Shown: positions 1-12,990 of the stretch, piece after piece
Layout of the letters: each line of letters starts with the position of its first letter
How positions within the stretch are numbered: the stretch's first letter is position 1
The notes under the pieces: model-generated
Told to the model about the DNA's origin: nothing
Seen by the model: only the letters and a program-made list of their open reading frames with translations
The model's database searches: none
Source of the DNA: Kudoa neothunni
Lineage: Eukaryota > Animalia > Cnidaria
DNA length: 64,000 bases
Assembly (NCBI GenBank): GCA_964304625.1
Contig: OZ199838.1
Coordinates: 1-64,000, forward strand
Direction of reading: 5' to 3'
Position numbers and translations under genes: made by a program

Positions 1-590
1 TTCACACGTTGAATCTGGTGGATATTGTCCGTAAATATTAATATTTAAAATTCCACTTTATATGTGAATAGATTCGTAAAACCATCTCTATCGGATAACT
101 ATCTTGGTCTCATTCCTAACGGTCATTATTGTGGAATATCTAAAGTAATACATATAAAAAAAATTACTAACAACATTTTTAGATGTGTTTGAATAATAGA
201 TGCATTAACGCTAACAAAAATAAAAAATTGTGCAGAAATATTAAATGCCCTATAGGAACTGTAATATACATATATATGAACGAATGATATCCCACCTTTT
301 TAATAAAAAACAAAAGGTTTGTTATCAAGGTGATTGTATGAGCGAATATAAAGAAATTGGAAAATGCAAGAATATAAGTTGTCCCACCCACCAAGTATAA
401 CTTAATTACCTAATATAAATTTTGAAAGAATTTATAGTACTGCAACTTTGATGGAATCTGCTCATATTATATTAGGTAATTCGACCTAATGTCGCTCTAT
501 AAATTACGTTTAGGCCTGAATACAACAACCCTGAATACAAAATAAACTTTCAACCTTCTAAATATATATCCTCGTATAACTTTTACTAAA
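1..590 (+). CDS. 3' part of a spliced ADAM/reprolysin (M12B)-like protein gene: end of ADAM cysteine-rich domain plus two follistatin-N-like Cys repeats; 5' end lies outside the window
   Basis: Exons <1-30, 72-144, 183-260, 317-394, 438-475 and 514-~573/590 are joined by GT-AG introns of 41, 38, 56, 43 and 38 nt. They translate without stops to SHVESGGYCPFVKPSLSDNYLGLIPNGHYCGISKMCLNNRCINANKNKKLCRNIKCPIGTVCYQGDCMSEYKEIGKCKNISCPTHQYCNFDGICSYYIRPEYNNPEY. GLIPNGHYCGISKMCLNNRC matches the ADAM Cys-rich signature GxVPxGTxCGxxKxCxxxxC. The last exon is uncertain. Confidence 0.75.
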
Positions 591-2134
591 AAATAATTTT
601 AAATTTATAAATAATATTTTTAAATTTTAATTTTATAGAAACCTAAAAATTATTATATTAAGTTTATTTTAGTTATTTAATCTTCATAATAATGATTAAA
701 TAGCGTAATTTTTGTATTTCGGAATATATTTCCTAAATACTTTAGGGATGTTTTTGTCAAAAATCGACGATTGACTGTAAAAGGCAAATTTAACATATAA
801 TTTCCATAACAATAATATGTATATTTTAGAGATGATTCTAATTATTGCATTCTCAGTGTACACTCTGTTGCTTATTTCCTGGTTATAATTTGTAAATTTA
901 TTTTTATAATAATTTTTATGATTTAGTATCGTTTATACTTTTGGCTTTTGGAGGAAGTAACAATAACTTATTTTTTTCCATTTTATTATTTCTTATTATG
1001 ATCTTTTATTGACATGAAATATAATATTTTCTATTTAGTTTTATTTATTTGAACCTATTTTCTAAAAACAGTTCCATTTAGTAGGATGATATGCATCATA
1101 TTTTTCTGTTTAACTCAAAAATGGTACTTATTGTTCTTAAATTGAAAGCCTATTAGGAAATATCAGTTTTATTGCCATGAAAGGAAAGGAAAGAATAACT
1201 CAATTAGAATGGAAAAGATTAACCCTCCCGAGACCAAATTTCAGATTATTCTGCATTTTTCTCTATAAATGAGAATTAAAAGACGTTTAAGAGGCCAGCT
1301 AACCTTTAAGTGTAAAGTTTATAATTAAATTAAAGTTTATAATTAAATTATAGTATTAGCTAAAATTTTTAATATTCAAAGTTTTTTTAGAATGTTTATT
1401 TTGAGCCAGTTTTAAAGAATATTTGTGAATATGAATAAATAAATTTAATATTAATATTATATATCTCAAAATTTTTTGTGGGTTTTAAATTTCTCCGAGT
1501 GTTCACGGGACCTAAGAGGATTAGAGTTTATATCAAATAGTTTTGCTCAATAGTAATTCAAGAAGTATTTTTATCAGAATAATTTATTATTCTAATTTAA
1601 ACAATGACAACGACAACGACAGCAGTTCACAATAGACCATGAATACATTTTTGGGATTACCGAAACTTTGCAGACATACGGACTCAGAAAGACTAATGAT
1701 TGATATTTGTATAAATTCATTTATAAATAGTTTAAAAAATTTTTTCATCCCATTTTCTAATTTAATGTTTAATGGATACATGATTTTTCAATTTTTCTCG
1801 AAAAATTTACGTTTAACTCGAATTTAAGTGGTTCAATAAGATATTTATAAATTTTTATTTGTCATGATTTTCGTTACATTGCACAATCAATTTATTATAA
1901 TGGATAACTTGCGAGGTCATTTGTGAGTAGGCCTTTAAAAAACGAGGGTGATTATGTGTTGAAGTGGGGATTATTAAGGATTTGGATAGGGAGTTCATGA
2001 TTCCAACGTTTTGTGGTTTATACTTATCTTTGAAAATATTTTCATATATAATACATATCAGTAAAATAATTAAATACGTTTTAACCGTTTGAAACACCTA
2101 ACCACCCACAGATATTGAATTAGATTATAAAATA

Positions 2135-2200
2135 CTAGCGCAAAAGCCCCGCAGACTAAAGCCTTGAGTAGGCCAAGGTCATTTGAAGTTCAAAGTAAAC
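2135..2200 (-). mobile_element. Helitron 3'-end remnant (same family as 18932-19726)
   Basis: actagcgcaaaagccccgc...gccttgagtaggccaaggtcatttgaagttcaaag is the reverse complement of a hairpin+CTAG Helitron terminus and is homologous to the copies at 18932 and 49481. Confidence 0.6.
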
Positions 2201-5200
2201 TCAGAGTACTTTTATAAGTAGTAAAAAGATTACCCAATTAACTGATGATTTATTTAACTCATTGGGTGCATGAACTTTATTTAATATTTTTAAAAACGAA
2301 TAAACACTACTGAGCGTTTGAATTTCCTTTTTAGAGCACCTAAAAATCGATTTTCTCCTTATTGTTCACAATAAGCTCTAAATCGTACCTTATGAATAGT
2401 ACTAATCTTGTTAAACATCAACAAATGAATTTCATATTAATGTTGGGTTAATTAATATAATATAACCTTCCGTATAGAATTAATTCAATTACTAAATTAT
2501 TTTAAAATAATTATAAAGTAAAATAAACACTATAAAACATTTAAAATTCACTTTTGAAAACATTAACGAAATGATCTGTTTGCATAAAACCTAAAATCAT
2601 ATATATCATACCCCGTGAAAATGTTTTTAGTCATTTTGTAGGAAGCAAATCTTCTATAATTTTTTACGTATTTTTCTGTGTTAAAATAAAATTTTATCTT
2701 TCCATATTTGTGCTCAAATAGGGCGATATGTCTCTCTATAAAGAATGAAAAATTTCATGTTATATTAAAAAACTAAGTAATTAATGTTGAGATAAATAAT
2801 AAAAAAATGCTTTTGACTTATAGATATCCATAATTGATTTGAATTAATATAATTAAAAACAATTATTGAGTATTTTGTTACTTAATGTAAATAAATAAAA
2901 ATATAACTTAAAAAAATAAAGTAAAAATTTCACGTTTGAATTTTGAAACAAATATTATTATAAAATTTTTTTAATCATGAATAAACTATGCTGAAAAATT
3001 TATAACTTAAAGCCACACTAAGGAATATTATTGTTAAATTAAAACTTCTTAGTTTTAATTTTGAATAGAATAAATCAGAAAGTTCTGTTTTAAAAATACA
3101 AATTCACAATATTGAACATTTACAAATTTATTACTAGTAGAAACAAATGAAAAAATTAAATGAACAATTAAAGACTTTGAATTTGTTAATACTATAGAGA
3201 AATAATGATTTTTTCGATTAATTTATCAACAACATAGATATTCCTGGTGAATCCGAATGTGCTCTACTTAAATTTATTTTCAATTTATAGGTTAATTCTT
3301 TTTGATTTTATTTTAACTACACAATGTAATTTTTTGTGATAAGAACAAAAATGAAAAAGCTTTTGAAAACGAGCTGAATTAACAGGACGAATTGTAATTG
3401 TAGGAAATGACTTTATTTCCGATTATGTATGCGACACCGCCTCAAATTCGTACACAGATACTGTAGTTTAGCTGATATTTTAAAAGAAATATATTTTTTT
3501 GATTAAAATATAGAATAGTGGCCGTATTCTAAATCAGCGACCACTATAAAAATTGAACCACCTGTTGATTATTTTAATTTTTGTATTTATCACTGTTTCA
3601 TCACCATTAGGTTATTTTAGGCACTGTATTTGTTATCAATAATAGTTGCTATAATATATTCTTGAAATAACTGTTAGCCTCTCGCAGTTATTTCCAGATG
3701 AAATATCATTTAATCGATCGATTAGAGATTGCTTTATTTATCCTAAAATGTGAGTGTGACAACTATAATTTTTATCAAACGTCATATTTCAATAATTCAT
3801 CCTTAGCAATGGCCTACTATTAATTGAATTTCCATCAGAATAAGAATTTCATTTTTATATAAACATTAACTAATTAATTGTATCAAATGCATAACGTTGA
3901 TACCAAAAATAATTTTATATTAATAATTTTTCTCAATTCGAATATATATTATATACAAATCTATTTGGTTGATTTAAAAACATATAAACCTATTATGACA
4001 ATTTTTAAAAATCTTGAACGTGGTGAAAAAAACTAATGCGTAATGTCGTTAGATTTTAAAGACAAAATAACATGATTTCCTACGAAAAGAACATTCAAAT
4101 TCTTCCTACTACATAGTTAATGTTACAGTTTCATAGGAACTTAATTATTATATGTTAATATTTCAAAAATATTTGAATGCTGTCGTTATTATATTAAAAC
4201 CCGCGAAAAATATGGCTAAACGAGAGTTAATTTTAATATTTATATAAATTTAAACTTGCATTGAAATATATTCTGGTCGATGGGTTGGCAATGGCTACCT
4301 GTAGATTTATTTCTAAACGATCTATTCCATTTTATTCAAATAATAAAGCCAGTTTAGGAGGATTTGTTTCAATCTTTGTTAAATATGGATTAAAAGTTGT
4401 ATCATTCCTATGACTTAGTGCGGGATATTTTCCATTAGTAGAGAAACACAATTGAACCCTTTTTTCACATCGTCAATATTTCTGGAGAACATATCAAATG
4501 GGGGTTTAAAAATGCGATTATAGAGACTATTAAATACTCGAAATTTCAACATTAAGAGATTCATTCAAATTTTGAGGGATTAGTTAAAATAATGTGCATC
4601 TACATCTATTATATAAGAAAACAAGCGCCAATAGCTTAGTTTATCTCATTATCGAAAATGCTTAGATTGTTAAATCTCTTACAATATCCAAAACTTGTTA
4701 GTTCTTTCATTTAATCTATTTGAGTTTATATAAGCCCATTTTACATTCGTTACAAAATAGAAAACTTACAATAAAATAGTTAATTTTAATAATATTAAAT
4801 ATAATATAAATTTCACAAATCATATGCATCAGTAAATTACTTAAATTAAGTATTGTTATAAACACAATATTACTAAAATGCAATTTAGATGATTTATTTT
4901 TATTATTTGTAAATAGTTATTTAAAAATAAATTACAAACTAATTTTTTTTGCATATTATTGTACTGAAATAAAAAAGCTGAGCATTTGGTCATTATAAAA
5001 ATTTAAAAACTAAAAAATGTATTAACTGATTGATGTAGTTTTGTAAAAAGTTTATAATAAATGTATAAACATTAATACAGAAGATGGTTTATTATTTATA
5101 ACAAAATATGCGACGTTTACTAAAGTAATTTAATCATATCATTTGGAAAATAAAACATTAATACAAATGTTTTCAACACGTTTATTTAATGTAGAAGTTA

Positions 5201-6210
5201 TAATAATTAACTGAATCCATGCTTTCAGCGTTTTTATATTTGATTATGAACAACCGCTTATGAATAGAAAAACACAGATTCCCCAATGGTTGTTTTTAGA
5301 TCCGTAATCCTACCTTATTACTTGATCTAGAACTAAATTACTCCAATTTTAATAAACTTCTGCTAATCGAAATTCCTTAACAATATAAATTATCATATAT
5401 TTTTGAAAAATTTAATTAAAATATTTTCTATGAACATGGTACGTTTATAGTCAATGAAATTCCAAGCATTAGTTCAACCCCGTGACGCCATACATTAAAT
5501 CCTTAATATGTTAATCAAAAAGTCTTTTTTTGGAGAAAGTATCTTGATTCTCAACCTATTAAACGACTAATTTCAAACTGACAGGTTGGCATGCACGCGA
5601 ATGAAACACAAAGCAATAACAAAATTTCGCGAATGTACAAGAACGAATCAAGAAATAATTCAAAATTTAGAAAAAATGTTGTCATGAACAAAAGTGCATT
5701 GTCTGATCAAAATATACTTAATCCATTCTAAGTCTTCCAATTGGTAACGAAGATGCCTCTCATTACAGCTCATTTTAATATCCAATTAATTCTTTAATTA
5801 AATAAATAATTAATTAATTAATCCGGCGTTATTTTTATTTTTATGACTCAAGCTAACCCCTAAAAGAATTTGACATTTAAACTCTCATTAAACTGTGGGT
5901 GGGTAACCTATTTGCGCGTGCCCAAATTAACATCACTATTTCTGGAAATTAGAACCCATTTTACCTATTAACCTTCCGAACGTCTATGGGTTCAAATTGA
6001 CCCCAAATGATTTTGTGTTGTGTTTTATGTTGTCTCATAAAGCTTTAATTAGTTTAAAAATCAAGCTATTTGCCTATAATGTGCTTTTTGATTTGAAAGT
6101 AAAAAAAAATTAGAAATAATATATTAAATAGTGAAATAAATACTAACACATTCTTTCTTTGGGGGAACGTAAAAATACACGTATCAAGTCTAAATGAAAA
6201 ATGTTTTGTT

Positions 6211-6255
6211 TAAATTAAGTTAAATTAAGTTAAATTAAGTTAAATTAAATTAAAT
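6211..6255 (+). repeat. tandem 10-mer (TAAATTAAGT)n
   Basis: Three perfect copies plus degenerate copies inside the piggyBac 5' region. Confidence 0.8.
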
Positions 6256-6300
6256 TTTAAAGGGATTTTATCATAAAATATAGAGAAAAAAACCAAAAAT

Positions 6301-7904
6301 ATGCTCAGCGAAGATTCACAAACACAGGCAAGAAAATACATTTTGAAAATGAGTGATTTTGAGAACGAGTTCTGATCAGAAAATGATTCCGAAGCAAATG
6401 AAATAGACGACAGTCTTCATTTATTTGATTCTTTATCAGAATCCGACAACGAAATAACGCAAATCGCAAAAACAGAAATCTATTCCTCGACAAAAATGGA
6501 ATTGCTTCGTCCTCGGTTACACCAAAGATCACAAAAACTCAAAAGAAAAATATACATCATCCGATCCCAGGTTTAAGTGCCTACGAGACGTCATGAATTA
6601 GAGAAATATCGGATAAATTCTTGATATTTTTTGACATTTTATTTTTTTCTAGTGTGATTTCGAACACAAACAAATTTGGGGATTTTCATTACAATAATGA
6701 GTGGAAATCTATAACATTGGAAGAATTTGAAGCTTACCTTGAATTTCTAATTTATATGTCCATATTTAAGTCAAAATTAGAGTCCTTAAAATTACTTTGG
6801 AGTGTTGTAATATATTCAGAAAAATAGTGTTACTAAAAAGATTTGTCCAGATATCGAGGTCTCTTCATTTTGATGACTTTGAAACCCGAGAAGCAAGACG
6901 TGAGTTAGACAAATTTTGCCCATTGCGAGAGATTTTTGATACCTGAAAAGACAGAATTTCTAAATTAGTTATTCCCGGTGAAAATTTGACCATCGACGAG
7001 CGACTTGTTGCATTTAGAGGTAAATGTCCCTTTAAGCAATACACGCCGTCGAAACTTGCTGTTTGCGGTATAAAATTTTTTCTGCTTACCGACCCTGATA
7101 CAAAATACATCTATAATATATCTGTATACTTGGGAAGAAACAATAGCGAGAAAGCCAAAAATGTTGGTGAAAGTGTGGTTTTGGAACTTGTCGTTAATTT
7201 AAGACAGTGACAGAAATATTGTATTTGATAATTTTTTCAGCTCTATTTCTGTTGCAGAAAATCTCTTGAATTGGGGTATGGCTATGGTTGGTACGATCCG
7301 CAGTAACAAGAGAGACATTCCAGAGCATCTAAAGAAAGACCGAAATAGAGAAGTAAACAGTTCTAGATTTTTGTTTTACAAAAAAATTTATGTTGCTTTC
7401 GTATGTTCCAAAAAAAACAAATCAGTTTTACTTCTAACAACTTCTTCTTGCAATACAAATGTTGATGATACTGCCACTAAAAAACCTGAGGTGGTCACAC
7501 ATCCTTATAATAAATGCAAGGGAGGAGTCGACACAGTTGACCGTATAATTGCCACAACTAGTGTTAAACGATCACGAAGCGTTGGCTGGCCCACTGCAGT
7601 TTTTTATAATATGGTTGACGCCAGTTTGATTAACTCATTCCATATTTATAAGGAAATATTCATTGACCCTAGTTGCTCTAGACTGAAATATTTAGAAATG
7701 CTAGCGGACAGTCTTGTAACTAATTTTCTGAACATTAATAATGAGAAGTTATAACAAAATATGTCTTTGGAGTGTTCAAGTCGAAGTAGAAAAAGGTGTT
7801 GTCTTTGTGAAAGAAACCGCGACAAAAAAAACAAGATCTGTTTGTAAGGCAAACTGTTGCGATGACCACTCAAACGTTATTCACGTTAAATGTCTTGCTA
7901 AATA
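6301..7904 (+). pseudogene. piggyBac (PGBD4-like) transposase pseudogene
   Basis: Fragments TIDERLVAFRGKCPFKQYTPSK, GTIRSNK and YNKCKGGVDTVD, plus C-terminal Cys-rich RKRCCLC. Multiple stops and frameshifts. Confidence 0.9.
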
Positions 7905-8684
7905 AGGTAAATTACTTGGAAAAATATATTTGCATTTGTCTTGTCCGTTGGTTTAATGTGTTTTTATTCGCAACATGCTCAACGATATATGATTTTATAT
8001 AAATGCAGGAAAATATAAAATGATAAAACACGCAAATTTCTTAATAAACGCATCATTTTCATTAGTTTCTGACTAGTCCACACTATATTTAATGATTCCT
8101 CGTATAGGCAAATTAATCTATTCCACATATTTTAATTTCTTCTTAGTTCTCATTGAAAAAAAGATCGATAATTAAAAAACTATGAAAAAATTAGCGTAAA
8201 TTAATTCGTAACACGCCTGGGGTCAATTTGACCCCAAAGAAAAAATGTGTAAAGTCGTTTTGGGGGCGCTCAGAGGGTTAATAGTGTGAAATTATTTTAA
8301 AGTATGTGTTGATTTAGCTTAATAAAGAATTTAAACGTTTTAGAATGATTTGATCTGGAGTCAAAAATGTCGCCACCGGCTTTTGCGTTATGGTCACGCT
8401 CGTCGTACAAAGAGGGTTAATGCGAAAATCAATTATTTCGGAAAGTTTTAATCATTTTGACTTAAAAATGTACACTTAAATATTAATCCTTGACACACAT
8501 ATATATTATATTCATTATATATAGATGAATTCTTTTAATATTATTTTTAAAAAATTAAAAGTAAATAATTTTTTTACAATTTATTATCGATAATTTTAAT
8601 TTTTTATTGATTGAAGAAATCACAGTTTATAAATTTATCGGAATTAATATAAATAAACGATTAAAATTAATGATATAATTTAAA

Positions 8685-11555
8685 GGCAGTGGCTATTACC
8701 ACGGGAATCAATTTCTCTGCAATTGTTATCTCTATTAAATAACTGATTTAACATTACTATTATTTACATTTTTCTCTACTAAATTATGGAAAATAGACTG
8801 CTAGCAACATAAATGTTAGCGAATCTAATAGACTAAAACAATATTAACGTCAAATTAATTAAAAATATTAATCATTTCGAATTTATTGCTTTGAGCCATG
8901 CAGTGTAAACATAACTCCACGTGTTTCACGAATTTGGTTTGAACTACAATGAGTGATTCGAATTCAGACAATTTTCATGTTGGAATGAAACTTGAAACTT
9001 TTGAATGTTTAAAATTTTATATTTAAGAGTATGAGAAAAGTCATTTTGTGAATCTAAAGATTCAAGAAGAATCGACTCAGTGCAAAACCGGGTTAATCGA
9101 TATATTAAAAACACGTTAGTGTATTACGAAATAACTTACGTATGCTACTTTGGAGCCCATTTAAAGTTACATTATGAGTAAGTGTAGATGGAAATTTTCT
9201 GGAGATTAGATCTTCTAACACTACTCATAACCATCCAAATGATCCATGGATCTATGAAAACTTACCCATGTTTGATGCAACCTATAAACTGCTAGTCTCC
9301 GCGGTTATCTTCTGAGGTTTTCTCTATTTCGTTATTTTATTAGTTTTATTAGTGCGCCATTGTATCTGTCTGTTGCAGAAGACTCGGTTGGTGAAACCCA
9401 CATAACTAGCGGCTGCATCTTGTACGATGAAATGGCGGAGTCAATTAAATGGTATATTTCTAAACTAATAAAAATGATGCCGAACATGACTCAAAATGTC
9501 CGAATGATCATTACTGACAAGCACCACACTCTAAGGAAATGTTTGAAAGAATTATTTCCAAACTCCAATCTAATGATCTGCATATTTCATGTTTCTCAAA
9601 GTTTCCGACGTGAAATAACTATGTCGAAATACGGTATCACTCGAGAGAAAAGGGACCAATTGCTTGAAACTCTTAATAAAATTATCTATTCGAAAAATAA
9701 ACATGAATTCGATAAACTATGCAATAATCTTTTTTCAACAAAGCAACGATAAGTTTATTAACTATTTTAAATCCAATTGGGAACCAATCGCTGATGAATG
9801 GGTCATAGGATTAAGTGTAGCATATCCTTTCTATGAAAACTCGACCAATAATAGATTAGAAGCCATTAATGATCAACTAAAACAAACAATAAAGAAATTT
9901 TTCAAATCTTAATGATTTTTTCCGTTATTTCTTTGACGCTCTCAAATCAATGAGAATAGAAATGAAATACAATATAATCAAAATATTACTGAAGCCAGTT
10001 AATTTTGATACCTCAAATGAAGTTCTAAACGCGTATTTTAATCATTTAAATCCATTTTCCTTCAATATAATCCACAAACAAATTCAAAATTTTAACGAAA
10101 ACACGAATACAGATAGTGTAACTACATTCATAAGATGTAATTGTTATATTTACAGATCGTATCTCCTTCCATGTAGTCATATTTTTAAAAAGAGAGCGTT
10201 TAACCTGCTTCCAATGTTTGATTCAAATTTATGCCACCCTAGATGGTCACAAGATTACATGAGCCGATTCTTGGAAATGGAAACTATAAATGTAACACCA
10301 AAAGAGAGTATTTCAATAAAACCAAAAAGGAATTTTTGATTCTTATGGAAAAACGTTTTAAAAAATTCTGCGATTTACACAAATAAGCTAGCAGCTTTGT
10401 CCGCTGAATATTGTGGGGAGTTTTATGATAGTTGCCTATCACTATTCAACACAATAGAAAAAATAATCAAGAACCACGACATCAAATTAATAAAGAAAAT
10501 AAATCAATTATGTATTTTAAGAAAACTTAATTTTTCTTGATTTATTTTTAGGAAATCGCACCATTGAATATTAAATACTCTGAGGCTATAGCCGAAGATG
10601 AAGATATCTCTGAAGGAAGAGGTATATGACGCTTAACTTGAATATTTTACTCGTATCTAACTTACAAAAAATAGATGTTATTGAGAATATTTTTAATTCT
10701 CAAATAATTGTTGAGGGTGTTGGTAATAATATTATTCCGCAAGGTGAGGAGATTATCGAGAATATTATTATTAATAATATTTCAAATGAAAATGCTCCCG
10801 ACCTCTAAACTGTTTTATCTAAAGATCAACTAGCACCTATTTTAAATATGATCGAGCTTGATGGTACTTTCATTTCCTTTCTTTTTTTAAATTATTTTAG
10901 CCTTAAAAGTTCCCTCTCAATTGAAGTCTGTTGGGAGACCAAAGGGATACGCTTTAACCACTATTGGATACAAAAAGAAAACTAAATATGCTTATACCTC
11001 TCATTATTTATTTGACTAGGATAGCCATTGCTCATCGTGTTACATTTATCTAATTTCAGAAAAATGACCTAATTATGATTAATTTTTTCAAAATTCTTGT
11101 CAATATTGAAATCTAAAGAGGAAAATTCACATCATTTCTGTGAAATATAATGAGTATAATTTATGAATAGAATACACTAAATCATATAATTTAAATATTG
11201 GAAAAAAAATTAAATAACACGAGGTTGAATATATCATGTAAAGGCGCGCACTTCAAGAGTAATGTAAGACTTATACTAAAATCACACAAAATTCTTTAAC
11301 TTTAACCTTATTACTGACAGAAAATGACATACTACAATTTGATCGTGTTTTAAACTAAGATTAATAAATTTTTCATTTAATTATGAAAAACGATCAATAA
11401 AATAAACAATATAAATATGTAAAAAAAGATATTTCAATTGTTACCTAATCCTGTAATTTAGTAGAGACAAATATAAATATTAGTAATGTGAAATTAGTTA
11501 TTTAATAGAGATACTAATTGAAGAGAAATCGATTCCCGTGGTAATAGCATATGCC
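8685..11555 (+). mobile_element. Mutator-like (MULE) DNA transposon with ~110-bp TIRs and 9-bp TSD
   Basis: TSD TAATTTAAA at 8676-8684 and 11556-11564. Left TIR ggcagtggctattaccacgggaatcaatttctct is inverted to right agagaaatcgattcccgtggtaatagcatatgcc. Confidence 0.92.
8950..11020 (+). pseudogene. MULE transposase with SWIM zinc finger, frameshifted and intron-containing
   Basis: MIITDK, ICIFHV, STNNRLEAIN (catalytic E), SWIM finger RCNCYIYRSYLLPCSH and C-terminal VGRPKG. Candidate introns at 10512-10551, 10622-10674 and 10864-10900. Confidence 0.85.
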
Positions 11556-11649
11556 TAATTTAAATATTAAATACAGTTGGTAACCGATATTGCACATTTT
11601 TTATAAAATTTATTTGATTATAATTTTAAGTAATTCTAAGGTTTATGCA

Positions 11650-11652
<3 letters not shown>

Positions 11653-11682
<30 letters not shown>
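11653..11682. repeat. (TA)n microsatellite
   Basis: About 15 AT units; similar tracts near 11821-11839 and 17760-17783. Confidence 0.9.
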
Positions 11683-11686
<4 letters not shown>

Positions 11687-12990
11687 CTCAACGGTAATTT
11701 AGTTAAAATAATTGACTGTATATGATGTAAAATATATATTAGAAATCATGTGATTTTCCAATTTAATACAATTTTTTGGGACCAATCCGTAGTTCTAATA
11801 TACAATTATTCTCAAAAAATTATATATATATATATATATGCCTACAAGCAAAGGTATAAATGTTAAAACATTTCAGCATTAACATATAACTACCCTAAAT
11901 GACAATTTCAAAAAAAAAAAAAGATCCAAATTTCACCACTAGATGAAAAATTTAGAGTTTGTTTTCCATTTTTTTAAGACTTTTTATCTACATGTTATAA
12001 TGAATCCAAATATTAGCCAATCCAAAATAATGGATTTGTTCAAACATTTAAACTACAGTATCATTTGGTTTCTTCCTGTTATAGAACTTTTATTTAACAG
12101 AAAATTTTCGATAAAAATGGACAATAATTTGTTTTAAAAAATTCCAAAAATGATATACATAATTATAATGTGCATGCGCAAAAAGTATGAAAAAAATGGA
12201 ACAAATTTTACACACTTTTTAATGGTTCAGAAGGGATTATTCCGAATAGGTATCCCACTGTAATTATACTGATTAATAATCACAGATTTCCTCATTTAAA
12301 TTTTATTTCCAATATACTCACTATACGTACTTTTGTAATGGGATGACTCAATCCGTGCTTCCACGCCTTAATTGAATGACAAAGGATTATATATTTTGAT
12401 GAAAAATATTTTCGTGATATATAATATTTCAATCGATTGATTAAATTTATCTTTTAAATTGTTTTTAGTAATTACACATTAAAAAACTCTTATTAGAATT
12501 ACTATTAATACTGTTGTCATATGATAAATTTAATTAAAATCAATAGCTAAATTTTTATTATAAAATTTTTTTCATGAACAAATTTATTATAACTGGCCAC
12601 AATGTGGTTCATTATTATTTCTCTCTTTATTTAAACAAATTTTTTTGTTTATTAAAATTGAAATAATTTATAAATTAAACATTAGCAATTTATTACAGTA
12701 AATAATAAATATTTGACTTATTTTAGAATATAATTTTAATCTGTTCTAATGGGAGTTCTGATTTCATTCTACGGGCATCCCCCTGATTTTTTGGATTAAA
12801 ACTTTACGTTCTCTGTTATATCTTATATTTTAAATATTTAAGTTTTACATGAATTCGAAAAATTTATCATACTTTTTAAAGTGATTTTAGAAAATTATAA
12901 TTTTATTATATTACTGACATTAATCAATAATAGGCGTATATTTGGTAATACACTTGATAAAAAGTAAAACAAAAAATTAATCCATAAATA

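Larger units (their letters stand above)
5972..8277 (+). mobile_element. piggyBac DNA transposon, decayed
   Basis: TTAA at 5968-5971 and 8278-8281. Degenerate TIRs ccttccgaacg / cgctcagaggg. Palindromic sub-terminal repeats gggttcaaattgacccc and ggggtcaatttgacccc. Confidence 0.85.

Noticed and set aside
179-2097. Short hydrophobic ORFs in the ORF track
   Set aside because: Expected by chance in AT-rich DNA; 179-394 is antisense to the spliced ADAM exons.
2900-5800. Scattered coding-like patches (possible decayed gene or transposase)
   Set aside because: No convincing motif or consistent exon chain.
6211-6255. Short direct repeats as a CRISPR array
   Set aside because: Contiguous tandem 10-mers without spacers, no cas genes, eukaryotic context.
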